Source: Candidatus Bathyarchaeota archaeon (GTDB lineage: Archaea; Thermoproteota; Bathyarchaeia; Bathyarchaeales; Bathycorpusculaceae). From it: a stretch of DNA of 64,000 bases. Under the pieces are notes generated by a model. It had not been told where the DNA came from, did not search any database, and saw only the letters and a program-made list of their open reading frames with translations. This document shows, piece by piece, positions 49,655 through 60,031 of the stretch. The stretch is from assembly GCA_963702095.1 (NCBI GenBank), contig OY969706.1:2400001-2464000 (forward strand). The letters are read 5' to 3'. The position numbers and the translations under genes are program-made. Numbering within the stretch: the stretch's first letter is position 1; every line of letters starts with the position of its first letter.

Positions 49655-50891
49655 GAAGGTCTTCCACTTTTCGTTTAACTTGCTCAGCTATCGATGGGTT
49701 AGATTCAAAGGTTATGTTAACCGCGTCGTTGGTGAAATCTTCTTTTTCAATGTGGGTTTTTTGGTGAACCCACGAAATAAATGCCATGGCGTTGCCGGTG
49801 AGGGGAACGCTGAATTGGGCTTGCACATAGTTTTCGAGGATACGCAGGATATAGCGTCTTAGCTCGTCGAGGTTTGTTTGGCGCTTCGCCGATAGCAAAA
49901 TTGGGTTTTTAACTTTGTCCTTGAGAGCTTCGAGTTTTTGGTCTATGTCCTCTTTTTTCATGGCGTCAATTTTGTTTAATGCCGTTATGGTAGGTATGCC
50001 TGCGGCTCCGAGGCGCTCTATGGTTTCGATGCAGACGTCGTTTTTCTTCTCGATGGTTTCTAGGGGTTCGTTTAAATCTATAACTATGACTATAAGGTCG
50101 GAAAATATCGTTTCTTCCAATGTAGAATGGAACGCTTCGATGAGCGCGATGGGTAAGCGGTCAATGAAACCCACGGTGTCGGTTAAGAGGAACTTGCGGT
50201 TAGAAAACTCGATCATGCGCGTCGTCGTTGACAGCGTAGTGAATAGGGAGTTTTCAACTTTAACGGTGTCTTCCGTTAAGGCGTTAAAAAGCGAGCTTTT
50301 ACCCGCATTCGTGTAACCTGCCAAAGAAATGGTGAGAAAACCTAATTCTGTTCTCCTCTCACGCTGAAGAACCCTCTTCTCTCGGACTCTAACAAGTTTT
50401 TTCTGAATAGTTTGAACCTGCCGTTTTATGGCGTCGCGGTAAACATCTGCTTCATACGCACCCAACCCCATAAAACCCGGCTGCTCACTACCCTTTGAAA
50501 GCCTCACTTTTTCCCGGGCATGCTTGAGCTCATTGCGCACCAAGGCAAGTTGAATTTGCAGTTGAGCCTCAGTTGTGGTGGCGCGTTTGGTAAAGATTTC
50601 TAGGATAAGTTGGAATCGGTCGATTACTTCGACTTTGGTTGCTTTAGCCAAGTTGTAGGTCTGCAGAGTGCGGAGTTGATTATCGAAAATGACTTTATCG
50701 GCGCCGTTTTCCTCCACCATTCGGGCAAGTTCCTCAACCTTTCCTGGGCCAATTTGGTAGCGGCTATCAGGTGGCCTAGTCTGCTCCATAGTACCGACAA
50801 TGATGTAACCCGCGGATTTCGATAGGGCTTTGAGTTCTGGCAGACTAGATTCTTCACGGTTTAATCGGCGCTGGACTAAGATGGCTTTCGT
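49623..50891 (-). CDS. hflX: GTPase HflX; N-terminus extends in frame to ACG 50891
   Basis: GYTNAGKS, LFTTL, DTVGFI, NKID; KAILVQRR..ELKALSKSAGY lies upstream of ATG 50789. Confidence 0.93.
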   Translation of the reverse strand, partial: TKAILVQRRLNREESSLPELKALSKSAGYIIVGTMEQTRPPDSRYQIGPGKVEELARMVEENGADKVIFDNQLRTLQTYNLAKATKVEVIDRFQLILEIFTKRATTTEAQLQIQLALVRNELKHAREKVRLSKGSEQPGFMGLGAYEADVYRDAIKRQVQTIQKKLVRVREKRVLQRERRTELGFLTISLAGYTNAGKSSLFNALTEDTVKVENSLFTTLSTTTRMIEFSNRKFLLTDTVGFIDRLPIALIEAFHSTLEETIFSDLIVIVIDLNEPLETIEKKNDVCIETIERLGAAGIPTITALNKIDAMKKEDIDQKLEALKDKVKNPILLSAKRQTNLDELRRYILRILENYVQAQFSVPLTGNAMAFISWVHQKTHIEKEDFTNDAVNITFESNPSIAEQVKRKVEDLHGKYQTLPPA

Positions 50892-51421
50892 TTATTGGAA
50901 GCCTCCTCATCACCTTTACCCATCTCGATGAGGTCCCCCAAAGTTAAGCCTTCAGACGCCGCTTTCTTGGGGGCAGCTGTGACTTTTTCGTCTGCAATTG
51001 GAACCATCAACTTGATTTTTAGGGCGTGCTCCAGTTTGGTAGCAAGCTGATTGTTGGGCGAGGTTTTACCTGTTTCGATGTGGCGGAGCAGTGAGGCTTT
51101 CTCGTTGATTTTTTTGCCTAAATCCTCATGGGATAAACCAAGTTTCTCTCTGGCTGCACGGATTTTAACTGCATAGTCCTCAACGAGTTCAGTGGTTATT
51201 TGTACCTGTGGAGCCGCTGGTTTCCTCATGATAACAGGGATTTTCGCATATGACTTGGTTGGGCTGGGCGCTGTGGCTCCTTGCGCTGCTGCTCCTTGGG
51301 TATCGTCGTAGACAACTGTGCCGTGTTTGCTGCATTCGACACAAACCGTTAACCTTGCCCCTTCAATTATGGCTCGTACTGATTCAGAGTGTATTTTGCG
51401 TCCGCAAACTTCGCATCGCAT
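50876..51421 (-). CDS. mbf1: Archaeal multiprotein bridging factor 1
   Basis: CEVCG..CVEC Zn ribbon, HTH, TLGD. Confidence 0.93.
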   Translation of the reverse strand: MRCEVCGRKIHSESVRAIIEGARLTVCVECSKHGTVVYDDTQGAAAQGATAPSPTKSYAKIPVIMRKPAAPQVQITTELVEDYAVKIRAAREKLGLSHEDLGKKINEKASLLRHIETGKTSPNNQLATKLEHALKIKLMVPIADEKVTAAPKKAASEGLTLGDLIEMGKGDEEASNKRKPS

Positions 51422-51506
51422 ATGAAATAGTCACCTTTCAATGACTTTATTATGTTGTACTGTTTATACCTGTCGAATTAATGACAATTTACGCTATGGT
51501 GTAAGA

Positions 51507-51971
51507 ATGGAGAACGCAAAAACTAAAGTGCGAAGCATCGCAGACTACCAATTCGGCAAAGGCGTCGGCTCCAAACTATTCCCCGACAACATAGAAATCC
51601 AGCACTCGCCCCGCACAGGCAGAATACGCTACATCAACCTGAGTGGCGAGCGGTTGGCGACTCTGCGCCCCACCGACGGGCGTCTCTCACTTAGCATCAA
51701 AGCAGCACAAACCATGGCAACCATCCCAGAAGCAAAATGTTTTGTCACCGTCAAAAACGATGTGGCACAGTACATCGCTAAGGGCGGAGACGTCTTCGCC
51801 GTCCACGTAGTTGCCGTCGACGAGGAAGTTGGCGCTAGAGATGAAGTCATCGCCATAGACGAAGACCACCACCTGTTAGCTGTAGGCAGAACCCTGCTGT
51901 CCAGCGACGAAATCCGGGCGTTCAAAACCGGCGTCGCCGTCAAGACCCGGCATGGCAGCAGGGAAAGTTAA
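51507..51971 (+). CDS. PUA-domain protein
   Basis: IADYQFG, TGRIR, GVAVKTR. Confidence 0.88.
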   Translation: MENAKTKVRSIADYQFGKGVGSKLFPDNIEIQHSPRTGRIRYINLSGERLATLRPTDGRLSLSIKAAQTMATIPEAKCFVTVKNDVAQYIAKGGDVFAVHVVAVDEEVGARDEVIAIDEDHHLLAVGRTLLSSDEIRAFKTGVAVKTRHGSRES

Positions 51972-52015
51972 GTATATCAAGTTGTAGCGTAGAATATGGT
52001 TAAAGGTCGAGTAGT

Positions 52016-52381
52016 ATGCATAAACGTATGAATCCCAGAGAGCAGAAACGCATGATGCAGCGCATGGGCATGAACATGGACAGCGTGCCCGACGTACAGC
52101 AAGTTATCATTCGAACCGCAGAAAAAGACATAATCATCGACGAACCCGAAGTGGCGATTCTGCAGGTTCAGGGACAAAAAATGTACCAGGTAATCGGCGG
52201 ACAAGTCAGCGAACAAGCCCCTTCAGCCGGATTCGGCGCAGCGGGACCAGCGAAACCAACGTTCAGCGAGGAAGACGTGCAGCTAGTCGCGGACCAAACG
52301 GGCAAAAGTCTCGAAAAAGCCCGTGAAGCACTAAAAGAAGCCGACGGCGACTTGGCAAAAGCGATATTGCTTCTATCCTAA
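52016..52381 (+). CDS. nac: Nascent polypeptide-associated complex protein
   Basis: MNPR..MMQRMG, GDLAKAIL. Confidence 0.95.
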   Translation: MHKRMNPREQKRMMQRMGMNMDSVPDVQQVIIRTAEKDIIIDEPEVAILQVQGQKMYQVIGGQVSEQAPSAGFGAAGPAKPTFSEEDVQLVADQTGKSLEKAREALKEADGDLAKAILLLS

Positions 52382-52412
52382 AACAACTTTCTTTTTTGGT
52401 TTTTCTCCTCTT

Positions 52413-53336
52413 CTATATACGTAAAAGCAGGTAGCCGATTAAGAAACTAAGCACTGGCGCAGCAATCCAACCGGCAATCACAATCAGGAACGGTTTTAGC
52501 GAGAGAAACTTGGTTTTGTAGGAGATGCCTGCTCCGAGGACCGCGGCGGCGGTTGCCTGCGTGTTACTCAATGGAATGTTTAGCACTGAGGCGATTTCCA
52601 CCAGAATCGTAGATGCAGCAAGTGCGACTGTCGCGTTGGAGTAACGCATGAGGTAGAATTCTTCGCCTAAGCGGCGTATAGCGCCTTGACCCAGAAACAG
52701 AGAGCCGACGAAAACAGCGCCCAAAGCCGCCAAAACCGTCGCCAAATTAAAGCCCGCTACCGCCACAATCAAACCCAAAGTGTTTGCGCCTAAAGCATAC
52801 GCTGCAGTAAACGCCAACACAATGAGCAGTGCCTTGTAGAAGCGGATTCGACGCCAAATGTCAGTGACTGGACGACTGTTTATGTATCGGATGAGGTAGT
52901 ACGCGAAGGCTACTGCGGCTACTGGAGCAATAAACCACATCGCCACCACTTCAGCCACATAAGGCAAATGAGAAGTTTGGCTTTGGGCAAGTGCGTAGCC
53001 CGCCAGCAGTCCCACAAGCGTCATACTAAGGGGAAGCGGCACCCGAGCGATGTCTGCGACAAAGAAAATTGCAATAGAGATGATCAGCACTAAGGCTTGA
53101 AGCTGCATTAACGGATTGGGTATGAAAGCGTTTATGGCGTTAATCATGCCCCAGCCCTGTATAAGCAACCCCGCCGAGAAGCCAGCGGCGCCCAGCAATG
53201 CACCAGTACGTTTGCCTAGGATTCTGGCGCCTACAGCTGGTCCAACGCAGGCGGAGAGGTTGTTGCCTGCAACCAACGCTACAGCCAAGAAAACCAAGAT
53301 TACAAGCAATACTTCAAAAAACAAGGCGGAAATCAC
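52413..53336 (-). CDS. PiT family phosphate transporter
   Basis: AGNNLS, GANTLG, PLSNTQ. Confidence 0.82.
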   Translation of the reverse strand: MISALFFEVLLVILVFLAVALVAGNNLSACVGPAVGARILGKRTGALLGAAGFSAGLLIQGWGMINAINAFIPNPLMQLQALVLIISIAIFFVADIARVPLPLSMTLVGLLAGYALAQSQTSHLPYVAEVVAMWFIAPVAAVAFAYYLIRYINSRPVTDIWRRIRFYKALLIVLAFTAAYALGANTLGLIVAVAGFNLATVLAALGAVFVGSLFLGQGAIRRLGEEFYLMRYSNATVALAASTILVEIASVLNIPLSNTQATAAAVLGAGISYKTKFLSLKPFLIVIAGWIAAPVLSFLIGYLLLRI

Positions 53337-54007
53337 TTGAGAATCGAATTTATTACGGAAAGAATCAGGTCGGAGAGGTCTTCGCAGCCATCCAAGATGT
53401 CGTCGAATTTATGGAGCATTTCGCTGTAGTGGTAGAATTGGAGGTAATGTATGTCGGGGGCTTCATGGTATAGGCGGTCGAAGCCGCGGTCTTTGATTTC
53501 ATCCCCCTGATGCTCCAACGCCTCAATTTCCTTTCTTAACTGCATAATTCCGTTTAAATCGGAATTTGCCAGAATAGCTTTAACTTTTACCAGCGCTTTA
53601 TCCGCCAAATCCAGCATGCTTTTGAAGATGGCTGTCCACGCTTCAGCTTCGGGAGACTCTGAGTAGGGGAATTTGGCGTGGTACATTCGGCTTAATTCGC
53701 GAATCTGGTAGTAGTAGGTGTCTACGATGTCGTCGGCTACTTGGACGGATTCAAGAAGGCTCTCCAGTATGCTTGGGCTGATGGCGCCGCTGGTTATGTC
53801 TTCGCTGGCTTGGAAAGCTACAGAGTCAGATTTATTTTCTAACAACTTAATTTCCGCCAACCCTGCGTCTAGGCATTCTTGGTCTTTGCAGTTGTCAAGC
53901 ATGCTTAGAAGTTTAATGTTTGCTTCTGCTGCAATATCTATCATCTGGGATAACTCGGCAAAAATGTTTCTTTCCCCTAAAACCAGCACGCGCTTTAGAC
54001 TTTTCAC
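53333..54007 (-). CDS. DUF47/PhoU-like phosphate transport regulator
   Basis: LENKSD, LEHQGD, DDILDGCED; next to PiT. Confidence 0.85.
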   Translation of the reverse strand: MKSLKRVLVLGERNIFAELSQMIDIAAEANIKLLSMLDNCKDQECLDAGLAEIKLLENKSDSVAFQASEDITSGAISPSILESLLESVQVADDIVDTYYYQIRELSRMYHAKFPYSESPEAEAWTAIFKSMLDLADKALVKVKAILANSDLNGIMQLRKEIEALEHQGDEIKDRGFDRLYHEAPDIHYLQFYHYSEMLHKFDDILDGCEDLSDLILSVINSILK

Positions 54008-54145
54008 TATGCCACATCTCCCTAGAAGCCCTTGCCTGAGAGTTCTTATAAAATTATTGGGTGTATCGGAAATGAGGTTTTGGCTTTTTGGTGGGAGCGT
54101 CTTAAATAAGAAGTTTTCACTGTTGAAAAACCGATTTCCATGCGT

Positions 54146-54631
54146 ATGAAGATAAGCCATCTCTTTTGGGCTCTTGTGGTTTCGCTACTTCTGGCGCTGA
54201 GTTGTTTTGCAGCGGCGCAAACAGAGCAGCCTGAGGTAACGTTGAGCCTGTACAGGAACAGCGGTTTTGACATGGGCAACGACATAAACGGCCAATGGAC
54301 GGTTAACGCGGCTGTTTCCCAAAACGTCACCCATGTGGAGTTCTATTTAGACGGTGAGTTGCAACACAATGATACTGTTGCCCCTTTCAGTTGGGCGTTT
54401 GACTCCTCAAGTTACCCTGAAGGCAATCATGTTATCCGAGCCGTTGCATGGGACGTTTACGGCGGATCTGCTGCGGCGTCGGTTGAACGCAACTTTGTGG
54501 GGTTCCCCATTCTTATTGTGGTGGGTGTGGTGGCGGTTGCGGTTGTGGGGTTTGTGGTTTCGCTTGTTGTTAGTTGGTTTTGGATTAAGAAGAAAGCGGT
54601 TCAGAGACAGCGGCTGAAGAAGGCAGCATAA
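54146..54631 (+). CDS. Secreted Ig-like-domain protein with C-terminal TM
   Basis: VEFYLDG..APFSW..GNHVIRAVAWD. Confidence 0.8.
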   Translation: MKISHLFWALVVSLLLALSCFAAAQTEQPEVTLSLYRNSGFDMGNDINGQWTVNAAVSQNVTHVEFYLDGELQHNDTVAPFSWAFDSSSYPEGNHVIRAVAWDVYGGSAAASVERNFVGFPILIVVGVVAVAVVGFVVSLVVSWFWIKKKAVQRQRLKKAA

Positions 54632-54712
54632 AAACAAAATTAGCCCAAGCAAGCGCTCACAAATCTTTTATACACCCTCAACAGAGCTTCTGTTAAGGAG
54701 TAAAGGGAAAAA

Positions 54713-55211
54713 ATGGCAAATCAAGTTCAAAACCCACCAACAGCGGCATATTGGGTATCGATGATCGGCGGAATTCTTGGATTACTCGGCGGCTTAGCGC
54801 TAATCGTTTTAGGCGCATTAATCGGGATAATCTCCTTAGGGTTCGGTCTTAGTATTCATAGGCGGCTTAGGTTTTTGGATAATGGTATGCTCCATTATCG
54901 TGATGGTGGCAGCTTCGAAACTAAAAGCAAACCCCCTTGAGCACACGAAGTGGGGTGCAATCATTCTTGTGTTCTCCATAATCGGCGGCTGGTCAATCTT
55001 GGACTTCATCGGCGGCATCCTCGCATTAATCTACAACCCCATACCCGCAAATGCAGCGCCAACGCAATACGCACCGCCACAGCAACCCTACTATGGACCA
55101 CCAGCCCAACAAGTAGCTTACCAGCCACAGGCACATGCATGTCCCCAATGCGGAAATATGGTGCAGTCAGGCGTACGTTTCTGCCCCAACTGCGGTAGAC
55201 AACAAAACTAA
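54713..55211 (+). CDS. Membrane protein with C-terminal zinc ribbon, frameshift near 54849
   Basis: Two partial ORFs join; P/Q-rich linker, CPQCG..FCPNCG. Confidence 0.75.
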
Positions 55212-55272
55212 ACCAAAAAGTACCCTGCTTTTTGGGAAACCAAATTTTTTCTTTCAATAAAAAGAGAGAAGA

Positions 55273-56508
55273 CTATATTTTTTTGGTGGCAGTCGCTGTC
55301 TCCAACGCGGCAACACCGGGCAGTTTTTTACCCATCAAAAACTCGATTAAGGCGCCCCCGGCGGTGCTGATGTAGCCGATTTTTTGGGTTAAACCGTATT
55401 CTGCTATGGCTGCGATGGTGTTGCCGCCTCCTGCGAGGCTGAAGGCTTTGCTGTCTGCGATGGCTTCTAAAACAGCTTTGGTGCCGTAGTTGAATTCTTT
55501 GTTCTCGTAGACGCCCATGGGTCCGCTGACAACTATGGATTTGGCATCTGCGATGATTTTTGTGTAGTTCTCTACGGTTTGGTGGCCGATGTCAAAGATT
55601 TGGTAGTCAGTGGGTAAAGTGCTGATTGTGACTTCTTTGCGGCTGCCCCCAAAATCCAGGGCGACATCCACTGGAACCACGACTTTGCTGCCATATTGCT
55701 CCATCAACGCCTTGATGCCGGGTACAAACTGCAACAACTCCTTTTTAGCCAAAAACTCCACAACTTGCTTTCCTAAGCTGACGCCTTTAGCCGTTAAAAA
55801 CAGCTGCGACGTAACGCCGCCCACTAACACGTAGTCGGCTACGCTGTTGCCCAGCACGTACTTGCTGATTTCGAGGCTGTCGTCGGCTTTGGCGCCGCCC
55901 ATCACGTACACACAAGGATGTTCAGGCGTCTCTACTATACGGCTAAGCGATGTTAGTTCCCGCTGCATTATACGTCCGGCAGCTGAGGGCAAAACAGCCG
56001 TAAACCCAACCATGGAAACATGCCCCCGGTGAGCAGCGGAGAATGCGTCGTTGACAAAGAGGTCTGCTAGCGGCGCGAGGTTCTGCACCAACGCAGTCTT
56101 TGATTGCTGCTCTGGTGCCCCGTTTTTGGTTTCTCCATCCCAACTGCGCACGTTCTCAAGCACCAAGATTTCGCCGCTCTGCAGGTTCTTGATGGCTGCT
56201 TTGGCTTTGTCGCCGAATACGTCGTCGACATATTTGACGGGGGTTTGGGGTAAAAGCTTCTGGAGAATAGCGGCGTGATCCTTTAGGGGGGTGTAGTCTG
56301 GGTCGCCTTTTCTGCCTTGATGGGCAAGTACAACGGTTTTGGCGCCCTTTTCCGCCAGCTCTTTGAGCGTTGTTTCTGCGTGGGCTTTTATGCGCACGTC
56401 GCTTGAAACTTTTTTTGTGTCGGGGTCAATTTCTGAGTTGAAATCTACGCGGACAAGCACTACCTTGTTTTTTACGTCAAAATCGTCAAGAGTTTTATAC
56501 TTTGCCAA
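55273..56508 (-). CDS. pgk: Phosphoglycerate kinase
   Basis: RVDFN, AHQGR, NDAFSAAHR, STAGGA. Confidence 0.97.
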   Translation of the reverse strand: MAKYKTLDDFDVKNKVVLVRVDFNSEIDPDTKKVSSDVRIKAHAETTLKELAEKGAKTVVLAHQGRKGDPDYTPLKDHAAILQKLLPQTPVKYVDDVFGDKAKAAIKNLQSGEILVLENVRSWDGETKNGAPEQQSKTALVQNLAPLADLFVNDAFSAAHRGHVSMVGFTAVLPSAAGRIMQRELTSLSRIVETPEHPCVYVMGGAKADDSLEISKYVLGNSVADYVLVGGVTSQLFLTAKGVSLGKQVVEFLAKKELLQFVPGIKALMEQYGSKVVVPVDVALDFGGSRKEVTISTLPTDYQIFDIGHQTVENYTKIIADAKSIVVSGPMGVYENKEFNYGTKAVLEAIADSKAFSLAGGGNTIAAIAEYGLTQKIGYISTAGGALIEFLMGKKLPGVAALETATATKKI

Positions 56509-56584
56509 GTTAATCGCCTAACCACTTTTGCCTTATTGAACAGAAAAGAAAAAGGAAAGATAATTAAAGCTTACCAGTCAGCGC

Positions 56585-57604
56585 TTATAAGCCTACTTTT
56601 TTGCCGACCATCTCTATGAAGTCAACCATGCGGTTGCTGAAACCCCACTCGTTGTCATACCAAGAGAAGACCTTGACGAAATTGCCCTTGTCGCCCAGCA
56701 CCATGGTTAAGCTGGCGTCGAATACACTGCTGTAAGTGGTGTGCAACACGTCGGTGGAGACGATGGGGTCCTCGGTATACTGGAGAATGCCTTTGAGTGG
56801 CCCTTCCGCGGCTTGTTTCATAGCAGCGTTGATTTCTGCTTTGGTGACGTCTTTGCCTAGCACAGCGGTTAAGTCGACGATGGAGACATCTGGTGTGGGT
56901 ACACGGAGCGAGATGCCGTTCATTTTGCCGCTGCATGCGGGGAGGACTTCGCCGATGGCTTTGGCGGCTCCAGTGCTTGTTGGGATGATGTTGATTGCTG
57001 CTGCACGTGCGCGTCTTGGGTCTTTGTGGACTAGGTCGAGGACTTTTTGGTCGTTGGTGTAGCTGTGGCAGGTGGTCATGAACGCTTTTTCTAATCCGAA
57101 GTTATCGGCGAGGACTTTGCTGATGGGAGCTAAGGCGTTGGTGGTGCAACTGGCGTTTGAGAGGATGTTGTCTTTTTCTGGGTCGTAGGTGTCGTCGTTG
57201 ACTCCTAACACGATTGTTTTGTCGGGGTTGGTTGCGGGTGCGGATATGAGGACTTTTTTGGCTCCGGCTTGGAGGTGTTTCTGTGCGCCTTCGCGGTGAG
57301 TGAATAAGCCGGTGCTTTCAACTGCCAGGTAAACGCCAAGTTGATTCCAAGGCAGATTCGCGGGGTCTCTTTCTTGGACACATTTGAGCATTTTGCCGTT
57401 GACGATTAGGTCATTACCTTCAACGTCAACTGTCCCGGGGAAGCGACCATGAACGGAGTCATACTTTAACAGGATCGCGTTCGTCTTCGCGTCTGCTAAG
57501 TCGTTAACTGCTACAAAATCGATGTTCGCGTTTTTCTCGATTGCGGCTCGATAAATGAGCCTGCCGATTCTTCCAAAACCGTTAATTCCTACTTTAATCG
57601 CCAC
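56585..57604 (-). CDS. gap: Class I glyceraldehyde-3-phosphate dehydrogenase
   Basis: [25 protein letters not shown]. Confidence 0.97.
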   Translation of the reverse strand: MAIKVGINGFGRIGRLIYRAAIEKNANIDFVAVNDLADAKTNAILLKYDSVHGRFPGTVDVEGNDLIVNGKMLKCVQERDPANLPWNQLGVYLAVESTGLFTHREGAQKHLQAGAKKVLISAPATNPDKTIVLGVNDDTYDPEKDNILSNASCTTNALAPISKVLADNFGLEKAFMTTCHSYTNDQKVLDLVHKDPRRARAAAINIIPTSTGAAKAIGEVLPACSGKMNGISLRVPTPDVSIVDLTAVLGKDVTKAEINAAMKQAAEGPLKGILQYTEDPIVSTDVLHTTYSSVFDASLTMVLGDKGNFVKVFSWYDNEWGFSNRMVDFIEMVGKKVGL

Positions 57605-57745
57605 TAAAGTTCACCATTCTACAAAGTTATTTCTGTAAAAGTTCAAAGTCTTCTATGTTTATTAGTTTTTCCGAAACAGCCAAACCATGGATATGGACAA
57701 GCCACCGGTAGCTTGATAGGACTATTGTAGCTACTCAAAAAAAGA

Positions 57746-59092
57746 TCACCCTGCGAAAGTTATAGACCCTGATTTTGGGCTACGCTTTTTATAATAAATT
57801 AAGACGCCAGTTATTACCACACTTACACTAACTATTACGACGGCGATAATGGCAACAATAAAGGAATTATCTGAATTATTGGATGGACCAGTTGTGGATT
57901 CTTGGGTGGGTACATTCAACTTAGCAAGCCAAACATCACCGTTTAATGAACCAAGAACAACAGCTGCGCCGTCACTTGTTTTAATAATGGATGAAGCTTC
58001 GGCTAAATCAACCGAACTATCGAAAGTTTGGTTCCACACAAGATTGCCGTCTGCATCCATTTCAACAATTAACGCTTTGAAGTTGCCCGTGTCTGGGTAA
58101 CCCCCGACAGCAACGTATCCGCCATCAACGGTTTGGATGATGGAGCTAAATGACGCACGGGTTGTAACTCCATCTGGATACGACCGATTCCACTGCCAAT
58201 CGCCGTTCGAAGCCAACTTTACAAGGAATGGAAAACCAACCGTTCCGTCAAGAATGCAGCCGCCATCATCGGTTGGAGCGACAAATATTGTGCCGATTGC
58301 AGCGGGATTTGGGTCTATGCCAGCGTTTGGGTCGTAGCTGTAGCTTTTGCTAAACAAGAGATTACCGTCTGAATCAACTTTTAGCAGCCAGAGATTGGGG
58401 TCACCTTTCCCTATAGCACTGCTAAAGGTTGAGCTCCAGCCTGCTATGTAGTAGCTTCCGCCGCTTGCAGGGGCTATATTGGAGATTTTGATGTCGTCCA
58501 AGAAGGGATTTTGAAAAGAGTATAAGGTCTTATTCCAGAGCAGGTTGCCGTCGGCATCGGTTTTGGCCATTATTGCGGTTTTGCCGCTGGTAGCAACAAA
58601 AATGTAGTCGCCATCGCGGGTCTGCTCAGCCCCAGACAGTACCATGCCTAATGTCTTGTTCCAAACAAGGTTTCCTTCAGAATCCAACTTTATCAGGAAA
58701 AAACGGCTGGGAATCAAAAGGTAACCTGAATCGTTTGTTTGGAAAATCGCCATATCAGAAAAACCTGAGTTATTCTGCCATTGCACATTTCCCGCTGCGT
58801 CGGTTTTTATGAAAAGCGATGAATAGTTATGGTACCATGCTCCGTGGGGACCAACGTAGAGGTAGTCGTCTGTTCTGCCAACGATGGCGTAGCCGCCGTC
58901 TGAGGTTTGGACAAAACAGGAGCCGCTGTCGTAGTGGGTTGTGTTTCTGTCAAACATAGTGGTGGGCGGTCGAGGGTAGGTTTTGCTCCACTGTAGGGTA
59001 GGAGTTGCAGGTTCAGCCTCTGTCATGTTGATGAGTACTGGCAGAAGTAACAGGGGCAGCAGTATTGCGGTTATTATGTGCTTTCTCTGCAT
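57746..59092 (-). CDS. Secreted beta-propeller-repeat protein with C-terminal TM
   Basis: Repeated QTSDGGY / KxDxxGNxxW units. Confidence 0.85.
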   Translation of the reverse strand: MQRKHIITAILLPLLLLPVLINMTEAEPATPTLQWSKTYPRPPTTMFDRNTTHYDSGSCFVQTSDGGYAIVGRTDDYLYVGPHGAWYHNYSSLFIKTDAAGNVQWQNNSGFSDMAIFQTNDSGYLLIPSRFFLIKLDSEGNLVWNKTLGMVLSGAEQTRDGDYIFVATSGKTAIMAKTDADGNLLWNKTLYSFQNPFLDDIKISNIAPASGGSYYIAGWSSTFSSAIGKGDPNLWLLKVDSDGNLLFSKSYSYDPNAGIDPNPAAIGTIFVAPTDDGGCILDGTVGFPFLVKLASNGDWQWNRSYPDGVTTRASFSSIIQTVDGGYVAVGGYPDTGNFKALIVEMDADGNLVWNQTFDSSVDLAEASSIIKTSDGAAVVLGSLNGDVWLAKLNVPTQESTTGPSNNSDNSFIVAIIAVVIVSVSVVITGVLIYYKKRSPKSGSITFAG

Positions 59093-59222
59093 TACTTAGA
59101 ACGGTAAGCTGTAGCCTATTATTGTTTACTCAATCTCTAATCTGTCAGCCTCTACGGGTAAGTTTGCTGATTGGTTGGCACCATGTTGATTATACCGAGA
59201 GGGCGCACAAATTTATGCTTCT

Positions 59223-59405
59223 CCAACATGCTTCCACACCCACAAGAAACCGAACCCAACATGAAGCCATGTATCTCGTGTGAAGAAAATCGGCTTATCC
59301 CACATCGAAACAGATGCTGAGAAATGCTGCAGCCGCAAAAAGCAACCGCCTTCACTTGCCGTCTTGTGGCACCCCACAAACCGCCACACCCACATAAAGA
59401 GAAAA
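59223..59405 (-). repeat. Dispersed ~180-bp element, family 2, copy B
   Basis: Colinear with 4945..5126. Confidence 0.9.
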
Positions 59406-59559
59406 AGACAAGCCACCGCCACTTCAGCCCTAAAAACTAAGGAATAGTAAGAATCGCAACTGCCTTAATGCTTGCAAAATAAGCCATCCAAGACAATAGC
59501 AGCTATAGAAACAATTTTATTAAGTGTCCCTCTATTTAGGAGCTTGAGAGGGAGTATAG

Positions 59560-60024
59560 GTGAGCGCTGACAAAGAAAAACTCAACCAGTTAGCAGCCAA
59601 AGTTGAAGAAATAACCATCAACCTAAACAGGGTTCAAGAAGAGCTACGTTCTGTTTCCGCTTCACTTAAAATTCTCGCGGTTAGCCAAGTGACACCGCCT
59701 AAACCAGCCGCCGCTTCACCTCCGCCATCGACTCCCAAGGCACCCGCTCCTACCCCTGCATCACCCAAACCGGCGCCTACACAAGGAGTCACAGCCTTCG
59801 AATCTCCAAACCAACGCACATTAGAAGACATCCGCATGTCGTTCCCAGAAGACCTCGAGTCCCGCCTGAGCTTTGAGGAAAAAGGCGAGTACATAATAGT
59901 CAAACCCACCGCGTTTTTAGGCACCAACTTCGCCAAGGTCGCTTCAGCCGTTCGCGGCATGGGCGGCGAATACATAAGCGCAGGCAAAGACAGCCACTTC
60001 CGCGTACCCAAAAAGAAAGCATAA
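59560..60024 (+). CDS. Hypothetical protein: coiled coil, Pro-rich linker, small alpha/beta domain
   Basis: 154 aa, GAGGGAG SD. Confidence 0.8.
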   Translation: MSADKEKLNQLAAKVEEITINLNRVQEELRSVSASLKILAVSQVTPPKPAAASPPPSTPKAPAPTPASPKPAPTQGVTAFESPNQRTLEDIRMSFPEDLESRLSFEEKGEYIIVKPTAFLGTNFAKVASAVRGMGGEYISAGKDSHFRVPKKKA

Positions 60025-60031
60025 CGCCGTC

